Assembly (NCBI GenBank): GCA_902799465.1 | Contig: CADCAS010000001.1 | Span: 80,055-144,054 of the forward strand | Length of the DNA: 64,000 nucleotides | Direction of reading: 5' to 3' | From: an uncultured Eubacteriales bacterium | GTDB lineage: Bacteria; Bacillota; Clostridia; Christensenellales; Aristaeellaceae | Shown here: positions 52,343 through 61,450 of the stretch, piece after piece | How positions within the stretch are numbered: position 1 is the stretch's first letter | Layout: every line of letters starts with the position of its first letter | The notes under the pieces: generated by a model | What the model saw: only the letters and a program-made list of their open reading frames with translations | The model's database searches: none | Told to the model about the DNA's origin: nothing | Made by a program: the position numbers and the translations under genes

Positions 52343-55300
52343 GTGCCGAACAACAGCGAGGGCATCGGAACGAAAGTAAGCGTTAAGGGCGATAAAGAGT
52401 ATAAAAGCGCATTACAGCAAATCAGCAGGCAGCTGACCGTTCTTAATACCGACATGAAGGCCAGCCAATCCGCTTTTGGTGCCCAGGCTGAGACCATGGA
52501 CGGTATGCACGACCGCCTGGAAAAACTCAATGAAATATATGAGGTCCAGGCGAAAAAGGTGGAGCTGATCCGGGAACAGCTGGAGAAGGCCAAGGCGGAA
52601 TACGGCGAGAACAGCAAGCAGGCGGATGATCTGCAAATTGCCCTGAACAAGGCCACGGCGCAGATGAACGGGACGGCGAACCAGATCACCACCACGGAAC
52701 AGGGTCTGAAGACGCTGGCGGACGCCCAGCATCTGGCCGGGGACGCGACGGACGCTTCCTCGATGACCTTGAAAGAGGCGGAGCAGGCACTGAAGAACGC
52801 CGGCGAGGGCGCTGAGGAGATGGCCGGTTCTGTGGGCGACGCCGGGGACGCCGCGGGCGAGGTCGGCGACGCCGCAGAGGACGCCAGCGGCGGCGTGGGC
52901 AGCTTTGCAGAGTCGCTGCTGGAGGCGGCAGGGGCCGTGGGCGGCGGCTTCCTGGACGGCGTGCAGGGGCTTCTGGGCGCGCTGGGCAGCATTGGCGGGG
53001 CGTGCGTGGAGGCGCTGGGCGAGGCGTTTGACCTGGCAAAGGACGCGGGCAAGTATGCCGACGATCTGCTGACGCTGTCGAGCCAGGTGGGCGTGGACAC
53101 AGACAAGCTCCAGCAGTGGCAGTATGCCAGCAACTTCATCGACACGTCGGTGGAAACGATCACCGGAAGCATGACGAAGCTGACGAAGAAGATGGACTCC
53201 GCGCAGGAGGAGGAGAAGAAGAACGCGGAGAAGTGGCAGGAGCACCTGGACAAGATCGCGCGGGGCGAGAAGGACACCTGGAGCGAGGTCACCACGGCCC
53301 GGGACGCCTTTGTGAAGCTGGGTGTTTCCTGGAAGGACTACAACGGCAACCTGCGCGACAACGAGGAGGTCTTCATGGACCTCATCGACGCGCTGGGGAA
53401 GGTCGAGAATCCGGTGGAGCGCGACGCGCTGGCCATGGAGCTGTTCGGCAAGAGCGCCAAGGAGCTCAATCCGCTGATCGAGGCCGGCAGCCGCGCTTGG
53501 CGGGAGATGGGCCAGGAAGCGGAGGCCATGGGGACGGTGTTCTCCGAGGGGAACCTCGAGATCATGGGCGGCTTCGACGACACCATGCAGATGTTCAACG
53601 CCACGGCGGACGCCATGAAGAAGACCATCGGGCTCAAGATGATCCCGATGTTCGAGCCGCTGGTGCAGGCCGCGGGCCAGAGCATGGGCAGGCTGTCGAA
53701 GGCGCTCCAGGACGGGGCGAGCCCGACGGAGCTGGCCGGTGTGCTGGACGAGGTCGCGAACAGCCTGATCGACGAGCTGACGGTGACGTTCGTGCGGCTG
53801 GACGAGATGGTGCCGGAGGCGGTGAAGGTCATTTCGCAGGTGATCAGCCATGTGGCCGAAGCGCTGCCGGAGCTGGCGCGGGTGGCGCTGCCGGGGGCGA
53901 TGAAGCTGTTGCAGGCGGTGCTGGATGGGCTGTTGCAGATCACCGGGCCGCTGGCCACGCTGGCCACGGAGCTGGTGACCACGGTGGCGGGGTTTCTGAT
54001 CGACAACCTGCCGGACATCGTGGACGCGGGCACGGATCTGTTGCTGGGGCTGGTGGACGGTATCGTGGACGCGCTTCCGGAGCTGATCCCGGCGGCGGTC
54101 GAGATGGTGGTGAAGCTGGCGGAAGGGCTGATTCAGGCCATCCCGAAGTTAGTGGAAAAGCTGCCGGAGATCGTTGATGCCATCTGGGACGGTCTGGTGA
54201 ACACGGACTGGCCGGGACTGGGCAGTGAGGTGCTGAGCTCGATCTGGGGCACGCTGGGAGCGCTGGGCGACGACCTGCTGGGGATCTTCACGGACGCCAT
54301 CACGAACATCACCGGTCTGGACTTCGCCTCCATCGGCAGCGGCATCCAGAGTGCCATCGAGGGCATTCTGGGGTCGGACGGCAGCTTCCTGTCGGGGCTG
54401 TTTTCCGACGCGCACGACGACATCGAGGGAATCGACTGGGACAAGCTGGGCGAGAACGTCGGGAAGGCCGGTTCGGCGCTGGTGAATATGACCGGCGAGG
54501 CGCTGGCGGGCGGCTTTGAGGCCGGTTATGCGCTGATCGAGAATATCGAATGGGGCAAGCTGGGTGAGACGGTCGGCAACATCGCCAACGGGCTGGTGAA
54601 TCTGACCGGCGAGGTGGCTGCGGCGGGCTTCGAGGCAGCGCACGGGCTGATCGAGGGGCTGGACTGGGAAGGCCTGGGCAAGACCGTGGGCGACGTGGGC
54701 AACGGGTTGGTGAACCTGACCGGCGAGGTCGCCGCGCAGGGGTTCCAGAACGCGCACGATCTGATCGAAAATATCGACTGGAGCGGGCTGACGGACACGC
54801 TGGCGGCGGTGCCGAACGGGCTGATCGAGCTGTCCGGCGACCTGATCGCGCAGGGTTTCCGGAATGGGCACGACCTGATCGAGAAGATCAACTGGGGCGG
54901 TCTGACGGACACGCTGGCAGCGGTGCCCAACGGTCTGATCGAGCTGAGCGGCGAGACGCTCTCCGGGGCGTTCTCGGCGGCCTATGACATCATCAGCGAC
55001 ATTCCCTGGGACGAGCTGGGGAACGAAGTCGCGGACGGCCTGGGGCGCGCCTGGGGCATCGTCAGCGGCGTTGGCGACGTGGCGCTGGGCTTGGGCGAGG
55101 GCGCGGTGATGGCCGGTCAGCAGGGCGTCGGGGCGCTGAAGGACTGGATCGCTTCATGGCGGGACGACGGCGAGGTGGAGAGCGAGGCCACGGCCGTCGG
55201 CGCGCAGGTGATCACCGACGTGGGCACCGGCGTAACCAACGAGGTGCCGCAGCTGGAGACCACCGCGCAGGAGGCCGCGGACGCGCTGCTGACGGCGATC

Positions 55301-55963
55301 CGGAATGTACTGACAGAGTCGACGGTGGAGCAGATCGGCAAGGATCTGGACGAGGACGTCTGGACCGGCGTGGTGCTGGGCGAGGACGAGCTCTTGCAGG
55401 TCGTGGCCGGGGTTGCCGGGGATTCCTTTGACGAGCTCAGGGACGCCGTGGAGGACGCCGGGTTTGCCGAGATCGGCCGGCAGATGGACAACGGGATTGT
55501 TTCAGGCATTTACGAGAACAGCCGGTACATCAAGGAGGCGGCCAGGGCGGCGGCGCAGGCGGCTTACAATGCCGCGAAGAGCGAGCTGGGGATCGCCAGC
55601 CCGTCCAAGAAGGGCGGATGGTTGGGCGAGATGTTCGACCTGGGCTTCGCCGGTGGATTGATCGACAACGCCGATGAGATCGAGAGCGCCATGGGGTATC
55701 TCAATGAGCTGACCACTGCGGAGGCTGAGCCGGTGATGGTCGGAGGGCCGATGCAGCGAGGGTTTGCTGGATTTGAGATCGATTACGGGCAGATGCGGGA
55801 GGCTTTCATTGAGGCCATCGAGGAGACCGGTGTGGGCAATATGGTGATGCAGATGGATAAGGAAGTCGTCGGCGAAACGCTGGAGCCGGTCACCAGCAGG
55901 GCCACCCGGCAGCGGCAGCAGAGGTATGTCAAGGGCAGGACGGCAAGGCTGGTGATAGGATGA
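52343..55963 (+). CDS. tail tape-measure protein (1206 aa), in a non-canonical position
   Basis: GTG start behind AAAGGGGGG. N-terminal coiled coil. TMP core LQQWQYASNFIDTS..., ALAMELFGKSAKELNPLIEAG. 38-aa tandem repeats. Confidence 0.85.
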   Translation: MPNNSEGIGTKVSVKGDKEYKSALQQISRQLTVLNTDMKASQSAFGAQAETMDGMHDRLEKLNEIYEVQAKKVELIREQLEKAKAEYGENSKQADDLQIALNKATAQMNGTANQITTTEQGLKTLADAQHLAGDATDASSMTLKEAEQALKNAGEGAEEMAGSVGDAGDAAGEVGDAAEDASGGVGSFAESLLEAAGAVGGGFLDGVQGLLGALGSIGGACVEALGEAFDLAKDAGKYADDLLTLSSQVGVDTDKLQQWQYASNFIDTSVETITGSMTKLTKKMDSAQEEEKKNAEKWQEHLDKIARGEKDTWSEVTTARDAFVKLGVSWKDYNGNLRDNEEVFMDLIDALGKVENPVERDALAMELFGKSAKELNPLIEAGSRAWREMGQEAEAMGTVFSEGNLEIMGGFDDTMQMFNATADAMKKTIGLKMIPMFEPLVQAAGQSMGRLSKALQDGASPTELAGVLDEVANSLIDELTVTFVRLDEMVPEAVKVISQVISHVAEALPELARVALPGAMKLLQAVLDGLLQITGPLATLATELVTTVAGFLIDNLPDIVDAGTDLLLGLVDGIVDALPELIPAAVEMVVKLAEGLIQAIPKLVEKLPEIVDAIWDGLVNTDWPGLGSEVLSSIWGTLGALGDDLLGIFTDAITNITGLDFASIGSGIQSAIEGILGSDGSFLSGLFSDAHDDIEGIDWDKLGENVGKAGSALVNMTGEALAGGFEAGYALIENIEWGKLGETVGNIANGLVNLTGEVAAAGFEAAHGLIEGLDWEGLGKTVGDVGNGLVNLTGEVAAQGFQNAHDLIENIDWSGLTDTLAAVPNGLIELSGDLIAQGFRNGHDLIEKINWGGLTDTLAAVPNGLIELSGETLSGAFSAAYDIISDIPWDELGNEVADGLGRAWGIVSGVGDVALGLGEGAVMAGQQGVGALKDWIASWRDDGEVESEATAVGAQVITDVGTGVTNEVPQLETTAQEAADALLTAIRNVLTESTVEQIGKDLDEDVWTGVVLGEDELLQVVAGVAGDSFDELRDAVEDAGFAEIGRQMDNGIVSGIYENSRYIKEAARAAAQAAYNAAKSELGIASPSKKGGWLGEMFDLGFAGGLIDNADEIESAMGYLNELTTAEAEPVMVGGPMQRGFAGFEIDYGQMREAFIEAIEETGVGNMVMQMDKEVVGETLEPVTSRATRQRQQRYVKGRTARLVIG
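54420..55045 (+). repeat. about six tandem 114-bp (38-aa) repeats inside the tape-measure gene
   Basis: Unit I(D/E)W(D/G/E/S)xLGxxVGxxxNGLVNLTGExxAxGFxxxHxLIE, repeated with decreasing identity. Confidence 0.8.
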
Positions 55964-56250
55964 TGTCTGGGGATGAGAAGGTGATATTGGCTGCGGCCGT
56001 AGAACGATACGGCGAGGGCGCGCAGCTGGTCAAGTGCTGCGAAGAGTTGAGCGAGCTGGCGCATGCGATCTGCAAGCGGTTCGATGTGTCTGTGGGGTAT
56101 GAGCGCGATGGCGAGGAGGTCGTCGAGGAGATCGCCGATGTCGAGATCATGCTGGAGCAGCTGCGCGTGATCCTCCGCGTGGATCCGGAGATGGAGCAGC
56201 GATGGCGGGAGAGGAAGCTGAACAGGCTGCGGAGGCGGCTGGGTGTATAG
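55960..56250 (+). CDS. MazG-like nucleotide pyrophosphohydrolase domain protein
   Basis: EELSELAHAICK ... EEIADVEIMLEQL pattern; ATGA overlap with the TMP stop. Confidence 0.5.
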   Translation: MMSGDEKVILAAAVERYGEGAQLVKCCEELSELAHAICKRFDVSVGYERDGEEVVEEIADVEIMLEQLRVILRVDPEMEQRWRERKLNRLRRRLGV

Positions 56251-56254
56251 ACGT

Positions 56255-56289
56255 GGGAGGAAGGTCGTGTGGCCTTCCTCCCGCTTTTT
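56255..56289 (+). terminator. rho-independent terminator at the end of the rightward prophage genes
   Basis: GGGAGGAAGG ... CCTTCCTCCC perfect 10-bp stem, then GCTTTTT. Confidence 0.75.
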
Positions 56290-56677
56290 GTTTGGGGTGG
56301 CGAGCGACGGCCGGCCGGCTGACAATGGCGCAGGTGTGGGGCACTGGTGGCCTGTGAGATGGGTGTGGCGCGCCGGCCGGCTGCTATTGTTTGGCGCGAA
56401 GCGCCAGGGCTTTTCTCCTCGGCGCGCATGCGCTCGGGGTTTTTCTTTCGCCAGAAATCGCCGATTGTGAGGGGTGCGGGTGACACGGTGTGGGGAAAGC
56501 GGTCGACTTTGGAGGATTCTTTCCGCTGCCGATTATGATGGCGATGGGCCAGGTGCGAGGACGATGAGGGGTATCCCGGCCCGGGTCGGAAGTTGGAAAG
56601 GCCTCTCCCCTACACCGGGCGCATCCTAACCCTTTACAGCGTAGGACTTTGAAAAAACAGGGCGGGGCTATTCTTGA

Positions 56678-56778
56678 ATAACACATATAACACTATAAAA
56701 GGAAATGTGTTATATATCAATGATGGGCATATATTATTGAAAAGAAATCTTGCCTAACACAAACAACACTTATAACAC
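56678..56778. promoter_or_regulatory. ATAACAC/GTGTTAT repeat cluster in the right arm
   Basis: ATAACAC at 56678, 56687 and 56772; GTGTTAT at 56707; 6/7 copies at 56754 and 56763. Confidence 0.5.
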
Positions 56779-56829
56779 ATACAGAAAAATAATTATGTTC
56801 TTAGGCACATAATTATGATTGAAAAGTCT

Positions 56830-56850
56830 GGGTAACATTTATGGGTAACA
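56830..56850 (+). promoter_or_regulatory. paired GGGTAACA repeats (right arm)
   Basis: GGGTAACA at 56830 and 56843, with the same 13-bp spacing as 17701/17714. Confidence 0.45.
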
Positions 56851-56951
56851 AGTGTCGAGAAAATAGACGCAGGTTGCACAAAACACTCTTTTTTCATATC
56901 GTAATTCAATAAAATCAGACTGCAAATTACCGTTTAACGAATTATAAGCCC

Positions 56952-56994
56952 TTCGGGACCAAAAGGTCGCAGGTTCAAATCCTGTCACCTCGAC
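56952..56994 (+). repeat. attR of the prophage, doubling as the left att of the tandem element (tRNA-Pro 3' remnant)
   Basis: Exact 43-bp copy of 17565-17607. Confidence 0.92.
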
Positions 56995-57145
56995 CACCCC
57001 AAAAAGCCTTGAAAACACAGCGTTTTCGGGCTTTTTTCTTATTGCTGAAAGCACCAGTTTCCCTAAAATTGCCCTAACCAGCATTGAAATGAGCCTCAGC
57101 GTGATTAATACAGGGTGCTACATATGGAAGATTTCACATCAAATA

Positions 57146-57212
57146 CAGGTTTTACAGGAATATGCAGGTTTTACAGGATATACAAGTTTTCCATATATAC
57201 AGGGTTTACAAA
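57146..57212 (+). promoter_or_regulatory. direct repeats CAGGTTTTACAGGA (candidate arm-type sites of the second integrase)
   Basis: Perfect copies at 57146 and 57165; degenerate copies at about 57182 and 57200. Confidence 0.45.
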
Positions 57213-57257
57213 CAGATAATACAAATCCTGCAGGCGACGCCTACAGGATGCGTTTAT

Positions 57258-58397
57258 CTACTCTTGTTTTTCATGTCGCTGTTGCCTTCGTTCGGCAGCT
57301 TGACGTTTCATCTCATCCGTGCTGGCGGTGTACACGTCCAGTGTAATTCCCGTGGTACTGTGCCCGGCCATAGCCGCTATGGTCTTGATGTCGGTTCCGG
57401 CCTTTTCCTCGTTGGTGATGAACGTTTTCCGCAGCGTGTGGAGCGTGACCTCTGGATGGCCGAGGCGGTTACGGATTCGGACAAAGGCGTTTTCAATCGT
57501 CCTGTGCGGCATCGGCGACCCGTCCTCGCGGGTGAACACCAACCCGTTGTCATTCTGCCATTGATTCCCGGCGCGGAGCCTGTTTTCATTCTGGCGGCGT
57601 TTCTCGTCCCTCAGGAAGGCGAGCACGTAGGGCGGGACGTAGATACTCCGTGCCTGTTTGGTTTTGGTTCGATCCTTGACCTCGCGCACGCTTCCTTTTG
57701 TGCGCTTGCGTTCAAGCTGGCCTGATATGAGTATCTCGCCGGATTTCAGATTGATATTCTTCCACAAGAAGCCTAACACTTCACTAATTCGTGCTCCCGT
57801 ATGTAGCGCAAGCAAGAATATATTCTTGTAGGGGGAGGCGTTAAACTCTTTCTCAAACGCCGTTTGTAAATCAGATTCCATGGCAACCGGCGCTTTACGA
57901 ATGATGTGTGGCAAATCCAGATCCGAGGCAGGGTTTTTCGGTATGAGTTCCATTTTGACGGCATCTTGAAGCGCTGCCGAAAGGACACCAACGATATTAT
58001 GGATATATTTCGGGGATTTATCCAGACCATTCACGAACTCTTGACACTGAGCGCGACGAAGTTCCTGCAGTCTGGCTTTACCTAACCTCGGTTTGATGTA
58101 TAACCGACAAATTGATTCATAGTTGGTATAAGTACCAGGTTCTATATTCCGTTTTTTTTCTAACCATTCATCTACCCATTGAGACAGGTTCTTTTTTTGA
58201 GGCGAGACATATTGCCCGGTAGTTATCTTTGCTTGCACATCACGCAGTTTCCTCACACATTCAGATTCGCTGGTCGCGCTGACGGATTTTTGCATGTGGG
58301 TGAAGGGGTCGGTGTACCGCCCTTCATAGTAAACACGTCCCTTGACATACTTCTTCCTGACAGATCCAAGGCCATTACTATTCTTTTTCCCTGTCAT
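57258..58397 (-). CDS. int: tyrosine recombinase / integrase (second element)
   Basis: 379 aa from MTGKKNSNGLGSVRKKY...; catalytic region HTLRKTFIT...AGHSTTGITLDVY. Confidence 0.9.
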   Translation of the reverse strand: MTGKKNSNGLGSVRKKYVKGRVYYEGRYTDPFTHMQKSVSATSESECVRKLRDVQAKITTGQYVSPQKKNLSQWVDEWLEKKRNIEPGTYTNYESICRLYIKPRLGKARLQELRRAQCQEFVNGLDKSPKYIHNIVGVLSAALQDAVKMELIPKNPASDLDLPHIIRKAPVAMESDLQTAFEKEFNASPYKNIFLLALHTGARISEVLGFLWKNINLKSGEILISGQLERKRTKGSVREVKDRTKTKQARSIYVPPYVLAFLRDEKRRQNENRLRAGNQWQNDNGLVFTREDGSPMPHRTIENAFVRIRNRLGHPEVTLHTLRKTFITNEEKAGTDIKTIAAMAGHSTTGITLDVYTASTDEMKRQAAERRQQRHEKQE

Positions 58398-58881
58398 GCG
58401 GATCACCCATTTCATCAGCATCAAAAAAAGATGTCCTGTTCCTAAGGATAGCGAATAAATCATCACGTGACATAACGCCATCTTTCACAGCATCAGAGAG
58501 CTTATCAAAATCCTTGAAAAAACTAACAATAGGAAATGATGCAGTAGACAGCGAAAACTCATTATCTGAAACGCAGATTTTAAAGCTATTTTTCCCGGCT
58601 TTGATTTCTGCGAGCTGTGCAAGTATGCTGCAAATAACACTGTACTTTCCAGTGCCAAGCGGAAACAGGTGATTTATGAAATCGTCTTCGCCAAGAAGCC
58701 ACCATACAGGAACACCGAGAATTCTCGCATACTTCACTACCTCATTTATTCGTGGGTTTTTTTTGTCGTTGATATAAGAACTCAACGTTCCTGGTGCAAT
58801 CTGTAAATCTTCCGCAAGCTCTGCCTGCGTGATGCCTTTAGTGGTAATGATAGTCCGCAATCTTTCTGCAAATTCCTTCAT
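58378..58881 (-). CDS. XRE-family repressor
   Basis: HTH LRTIITTKGITQAELAEDLQIAPGTLSSYINDKK; GGAGGTG RBS. Confidence 0.85.
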   Translation of the reverse strand: MKEFAERLRTIITTKGITQAELAEDLQIAPGTLSSYINDKKNPRINEVVKYARILGVPVWWLLGEDDFINHLFPLGTGKYSVICSILAQLAEIKAGKNSFKICVSDNEFSLSTASFPIVSFFKDFDKLSDAVKDGVMSRDDLFAILRNRTSFFDADEMGDPHDREKE

Positions 58882-58921
58882 ATAGGGCACCTCCAACTTT
58901 AATTATAACGAAACATGAATA

Positions 58922-58980
58922 AATTGTCAAGCGCAAAAGAAATTTTCTTTCTTGACAATTCTTTTCGTGTATGCTATAGT
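58922..58980 (+). promoter_or_regulatory. rightward promoter with a flanking 10-bp inverted repeat (operator candidate)
   Basis: TTGACA(58952)-17 nt-TATAGT(58975). AATTGTCAAG (58922-31) / CTTGACAATT (58951-60) overlaps the -35. Confidence 0.6.
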
Positions 58981-59000
58981 GTTTTCGGAGGTGAAAAAGG

Positions 59001-59204
59001 ATGGACGCAAAAAACACCCTGGATACCGGTGCATTTACCCTCGCAGAAGCCGCAAAATATTGTGGCGTCTCGTATCCGGTCATGCTTGCATGGGTCAATC
59101 TTCCGACATTTCCTGCGATTCGTTCCGGCAGAAGGTGGGTTATCCCGAAATCCGCACTCACTGAGTGGCTGGATGCCCAGGCAAAAGCAAGGATGGAGAT
59201 TTAA
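59001..59204 (+). CDS. excisionase-family HTH protein (AlpA/Xis-like)
   Basis: FTLAEAAKYCGVSYPVMLAWVNLPTFPAIRSGRRWVIPKSAL. Confidence 0.75.
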   Translation: MDAKNTLDTGAFTLAEAAKYCGVSYPVMLAWVNLPTFPAIRSGRRWVIPKSALTEWLDAQAKARMEI

Positions 59205-59744
59205 ATGGATCTTTTTGAGCGGTTGCGAGATGAAGTTAGCGCGGAAGCGGCCGGACGCCGCTACGGATTGCGCTTTAACAGGTCTGGCCGTGCCTGGTGT
59301 CCGTTCCATCCGGATGGGAAGCATGCCGCAATGGCGTTTTACACCGATGGCGGTGCCTACTGCCACAGTTGCCACATGTCCGCTGATGCCGTCAGTCTGA
59401 CCGCGAAATTGCTGAATTTATCTCAAATTGATGCCGCGAAGCAGCTGGCGCACGATTTCAACATTACTGATGTCGATGGACGGCCTGACCCGGCGCTGAT
59501 CGAGAAGCGGAAGCGCGAATGCCAGCAGGAGCGCGAACGCAGGGAAGCGGAGAAAAATGCATTCAATCTGCGCTGGGGCCAGCTTTGTGAGATTGCCAGG
59601 GAAGCTGATGCGGAATTGCGCCGCTTCACGGATCCGGAGGTCGCATGGAACGATCCGCGATTCATCGCGGTGCTGACAGCGCTGGCGAGGGCAAATGAGC
59701 TGCTTGACATTATGTGGGAAGTGATTTGTTATGAGCGGTCTTGA
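59205..59744 (+). CDS. CHC2 zinc-finger (DnaG-primase N-terminal-like) protein
   Basis: CPFHPDGKHAAMAF...YCHSCH. Confidence 0.75.
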   Translation: MDLFERLRDEVSAEAAGRRYGLRFNRSGRAWCPFHPDGKHAAMAFYTDGGAYCHSCHMSADAVSLTAKLLNLSQIDAAKQLAHDFNITDVDGRPDPALIEKRKRECQQERERREAEKNAFNLRWGQLCEIAREADAELRRFTDPEVAWNDPRFIAVLTALARANELLDIMWEVICYERS

Positions 59745-60846
59745 TACTTTCATCATGGACGGGTACAAGTTACCTGACACTATTGTCCATGATGCAGTGC
59801 CGACACCACCGGCGGGGCCCTTGTGGAAAACCATTCAGGCGGGAAGGGGGTGTGATTTGATGTCAATGGAATTTCCTCCCATAGTCTATGCTGTGGAAGA
59901 CCTCATAACCGAAGGCTGCAGCATACTTGCAGGTCCGCGCAAAGTCGGTAAATCCTGGCTATCTTTGCAGTTGTGTCTGGCCATTGCAAACGGTACTCCG
60001 CTGCTTGGGCGGCATGTTGAGCAGGGTGAAACACTATATTGCGCCTTTGAAGATCCACCACGTAGATTGCAGGATCGGCTCAACAAACTGGGAGAACCAA
60101 TGGGAACAGATTTTTATTATCTCTGCCGAGACAAGTTGCTGACAATAAATAATGGACTTGTTGATTTTCTCGATGCCTGGTGCACTGCGCACACCCGTGC
60201 AAGAGCGATTGTGATCGACGTCCTCGCCATGGTATGGCACTCTAACAAGCGCAACCAAGATGCTTATACTGAGGCATATGACGTCATTGGGCGATTCAAA
60301 AAGCTGGGAGAGCAACATCATGTCGCCGTGATCCTGGTGCACCACGTTAGGAAAAAAAGCCGCGATGACGGTGACGATCCTTTTGACAGAATTTTGGGAT
60401 CGACTGGCATTGTGGCTGCTGCGGATACATCTTTAGTTCTGGAGCGATCACCAGCTTCGGTTCACGGAAAACTATCCGTCATAGGTCGCGACGTGCCAAG
60501 TGATGAAATCCCAGTAGCATATGAGCGATGCCGTTGGCGGCTGTCCTCCATCCTGGAGGATGATGGAAACGACGAAATCAGAAAGCTGGTGCGTGGTTTA
60601 GCTGCTTCATCCCCGGCGGGATGGATTGGTACACCATCTCAGGCTGTTGCCCAGGCTGGCGAATTTGGAGCGCGTGTAACTTCACCTGAGAGCGTTGGAT
60701 GGTTCTTCAAAAATGGCTATTGCGCCGATGTCTCGATTAGGCGAAGAACACGAACCAGTCGTGATTACATCATCAAAGCATTAGAGCCTGATAGCGATCA
60801 CCGGTTAGAGGGTCAGCCACATGAACAGATTGAAGCCGATATATAG
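59731..60846 (+). CDS. AAA_25/RepA-like RecA-fold ATPase (replication)
   Basis: Walker A GPRKVGKSW and Walker B AIVIDVL; HHVRK motif. Confidence 0.8.
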   Translation: MSGLDTFIMDGYKLPDTIVHDAVPTPPAGPLWKTIQAGRGCDLMSMEFPPIVYAVEDLITEGCSILAGPRKVGKSWLSLQLCLAIANGTPLLGRHVEQGETLYCAFEDPPRRLQDRLNKLGEPMGTDFYYLCRDKLLTINNGLVDFLDAWCTAHTRARAIVIDVLAMVWHSNKRNQDAYTEAYDVIGRFKKLGEQHHVAVILVHHVRKKSRDDGDDPFDRILGSTGIVAAADTSLVLERSPASVHGKLSVIGRDVPSDEIPVAYERCRWRLSSILEDDGNDEIRKLVRGLAASSPAGWIGTPSQAVAQAGEFGARVTSPESVGWFFKNGYCADVSIRRRTRTSRDYIIKALEPDSDHRLEGQPHEQIEADI

Positions 60847-61126
60847 AATTGTGTTCAGCTTCCACGCTGACCGCCTCGCGGCGCTGGAGCGTGATGATCA
60901 GCGCTTCGCAGAGGATACCGTGGCCGGGGTGAAGACAATCCTTATGAAAGCCGGAAGGGATCCAGTAGTGGCGGTGTTCCTGGAGGCGGTCATGGCTGAC
61001 CTTGCGCTGCAAAGCGGCGCAGAGACGCGCCTGGAGCTGTGGCGACGGTTCACAGAGCGTGTAAATCGAGAGCTGGAGAGCCTGGAAGCCTTGGAAGGTG
61101 GTGACGGCCATGGCCAAGACGGATGA
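60821..61126 (+). CDS. hypothetical protein
   Basis: 101-aa ORF in operon context. Confidence 0.45.
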   Translation: MNRLKPIYRIVFSFHADRLAALERDDQRFAEDTVAGVKTILMKAGRDPVVAVFLEAVMADLALQSGAETRLELWRRFTERVNRELESLEALEGGDGHGQDG

Positions 61127-61210
61127 CACGTCTTAATGGGCGCTGTGTGTGATCGATGGTGATGGGTCGGACTTGGCAGGCACAGTATCATCATCGAAGG
61201 AGGATCACAC

Positions 61211-61450
61211 ATGGACAGGAATGTTTTTACATTCTCCATCCCCCGGCGTGATTGCATGGTTGTGGCGACGGCATTGCATCACCTGGGCATGGAGGCAGCG
61301 GAGGGTGACGATATCGGTCACCGGGCGCTGCTGCTGGAGCGGTATCTGTGTGCCATGTGCAAGGCAGACAATGCCACACATGAGATCGAGAGTTTGCGGA
61401 TGCTGCTGTTTGCGGACAAGAAAGGAGCGGAACATGAGTATAAGAGATGA
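61211..61450 (+). CDS. hypothetical protein
   Basis: 79-aa ORF. Confidence 0.4.
   Translation: MDRNVFTFSIPRRDCMVVATALHHLGMEAAEGDDIGHRALLLERYLCAMCKADNATHEIESLRMLLFADKKGAEHEYKR

Larger units (their letters stand above)
17565..56994. mobile_element. integrated siphovirus-type prophage (~39.4 kb) in the 3' end of tRNA-Pro
   Basis: Bounded by an exact 43-bp direct repeat. Module order is int, lysogeny switch, replication, HNH/terS/terL, portal, protease, capsid, tail, lysis. Confidence 0.93.

Noticed and set aside
53041-53070. KYADDLL in the tape-measure protein resembling the RT YxDD box
   Set aside because: It is an isolated tetrapeptide in a coiled-coil/TMP context. None of the other RT motifs (for example the upstream motifs or a following hydrophobic/LG box) are present.
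56243-56686. Short ORFs (56243..56470, 56347..56538, 56384..56686) in the prophage right arm
   Set aside because: They have no RBS, their translations are Arg/Gly/Pro-rich, and they lie after a strong terminator in the region expected to be the attP arm.
57089-57725. Plus-strand ORFs 57089..57346 and 57162..57725 opposite the second integrase
   Set aside because: They overlap the arm-repeat region and the antisense strand of a well-supported integrase gene, and have no motifs.
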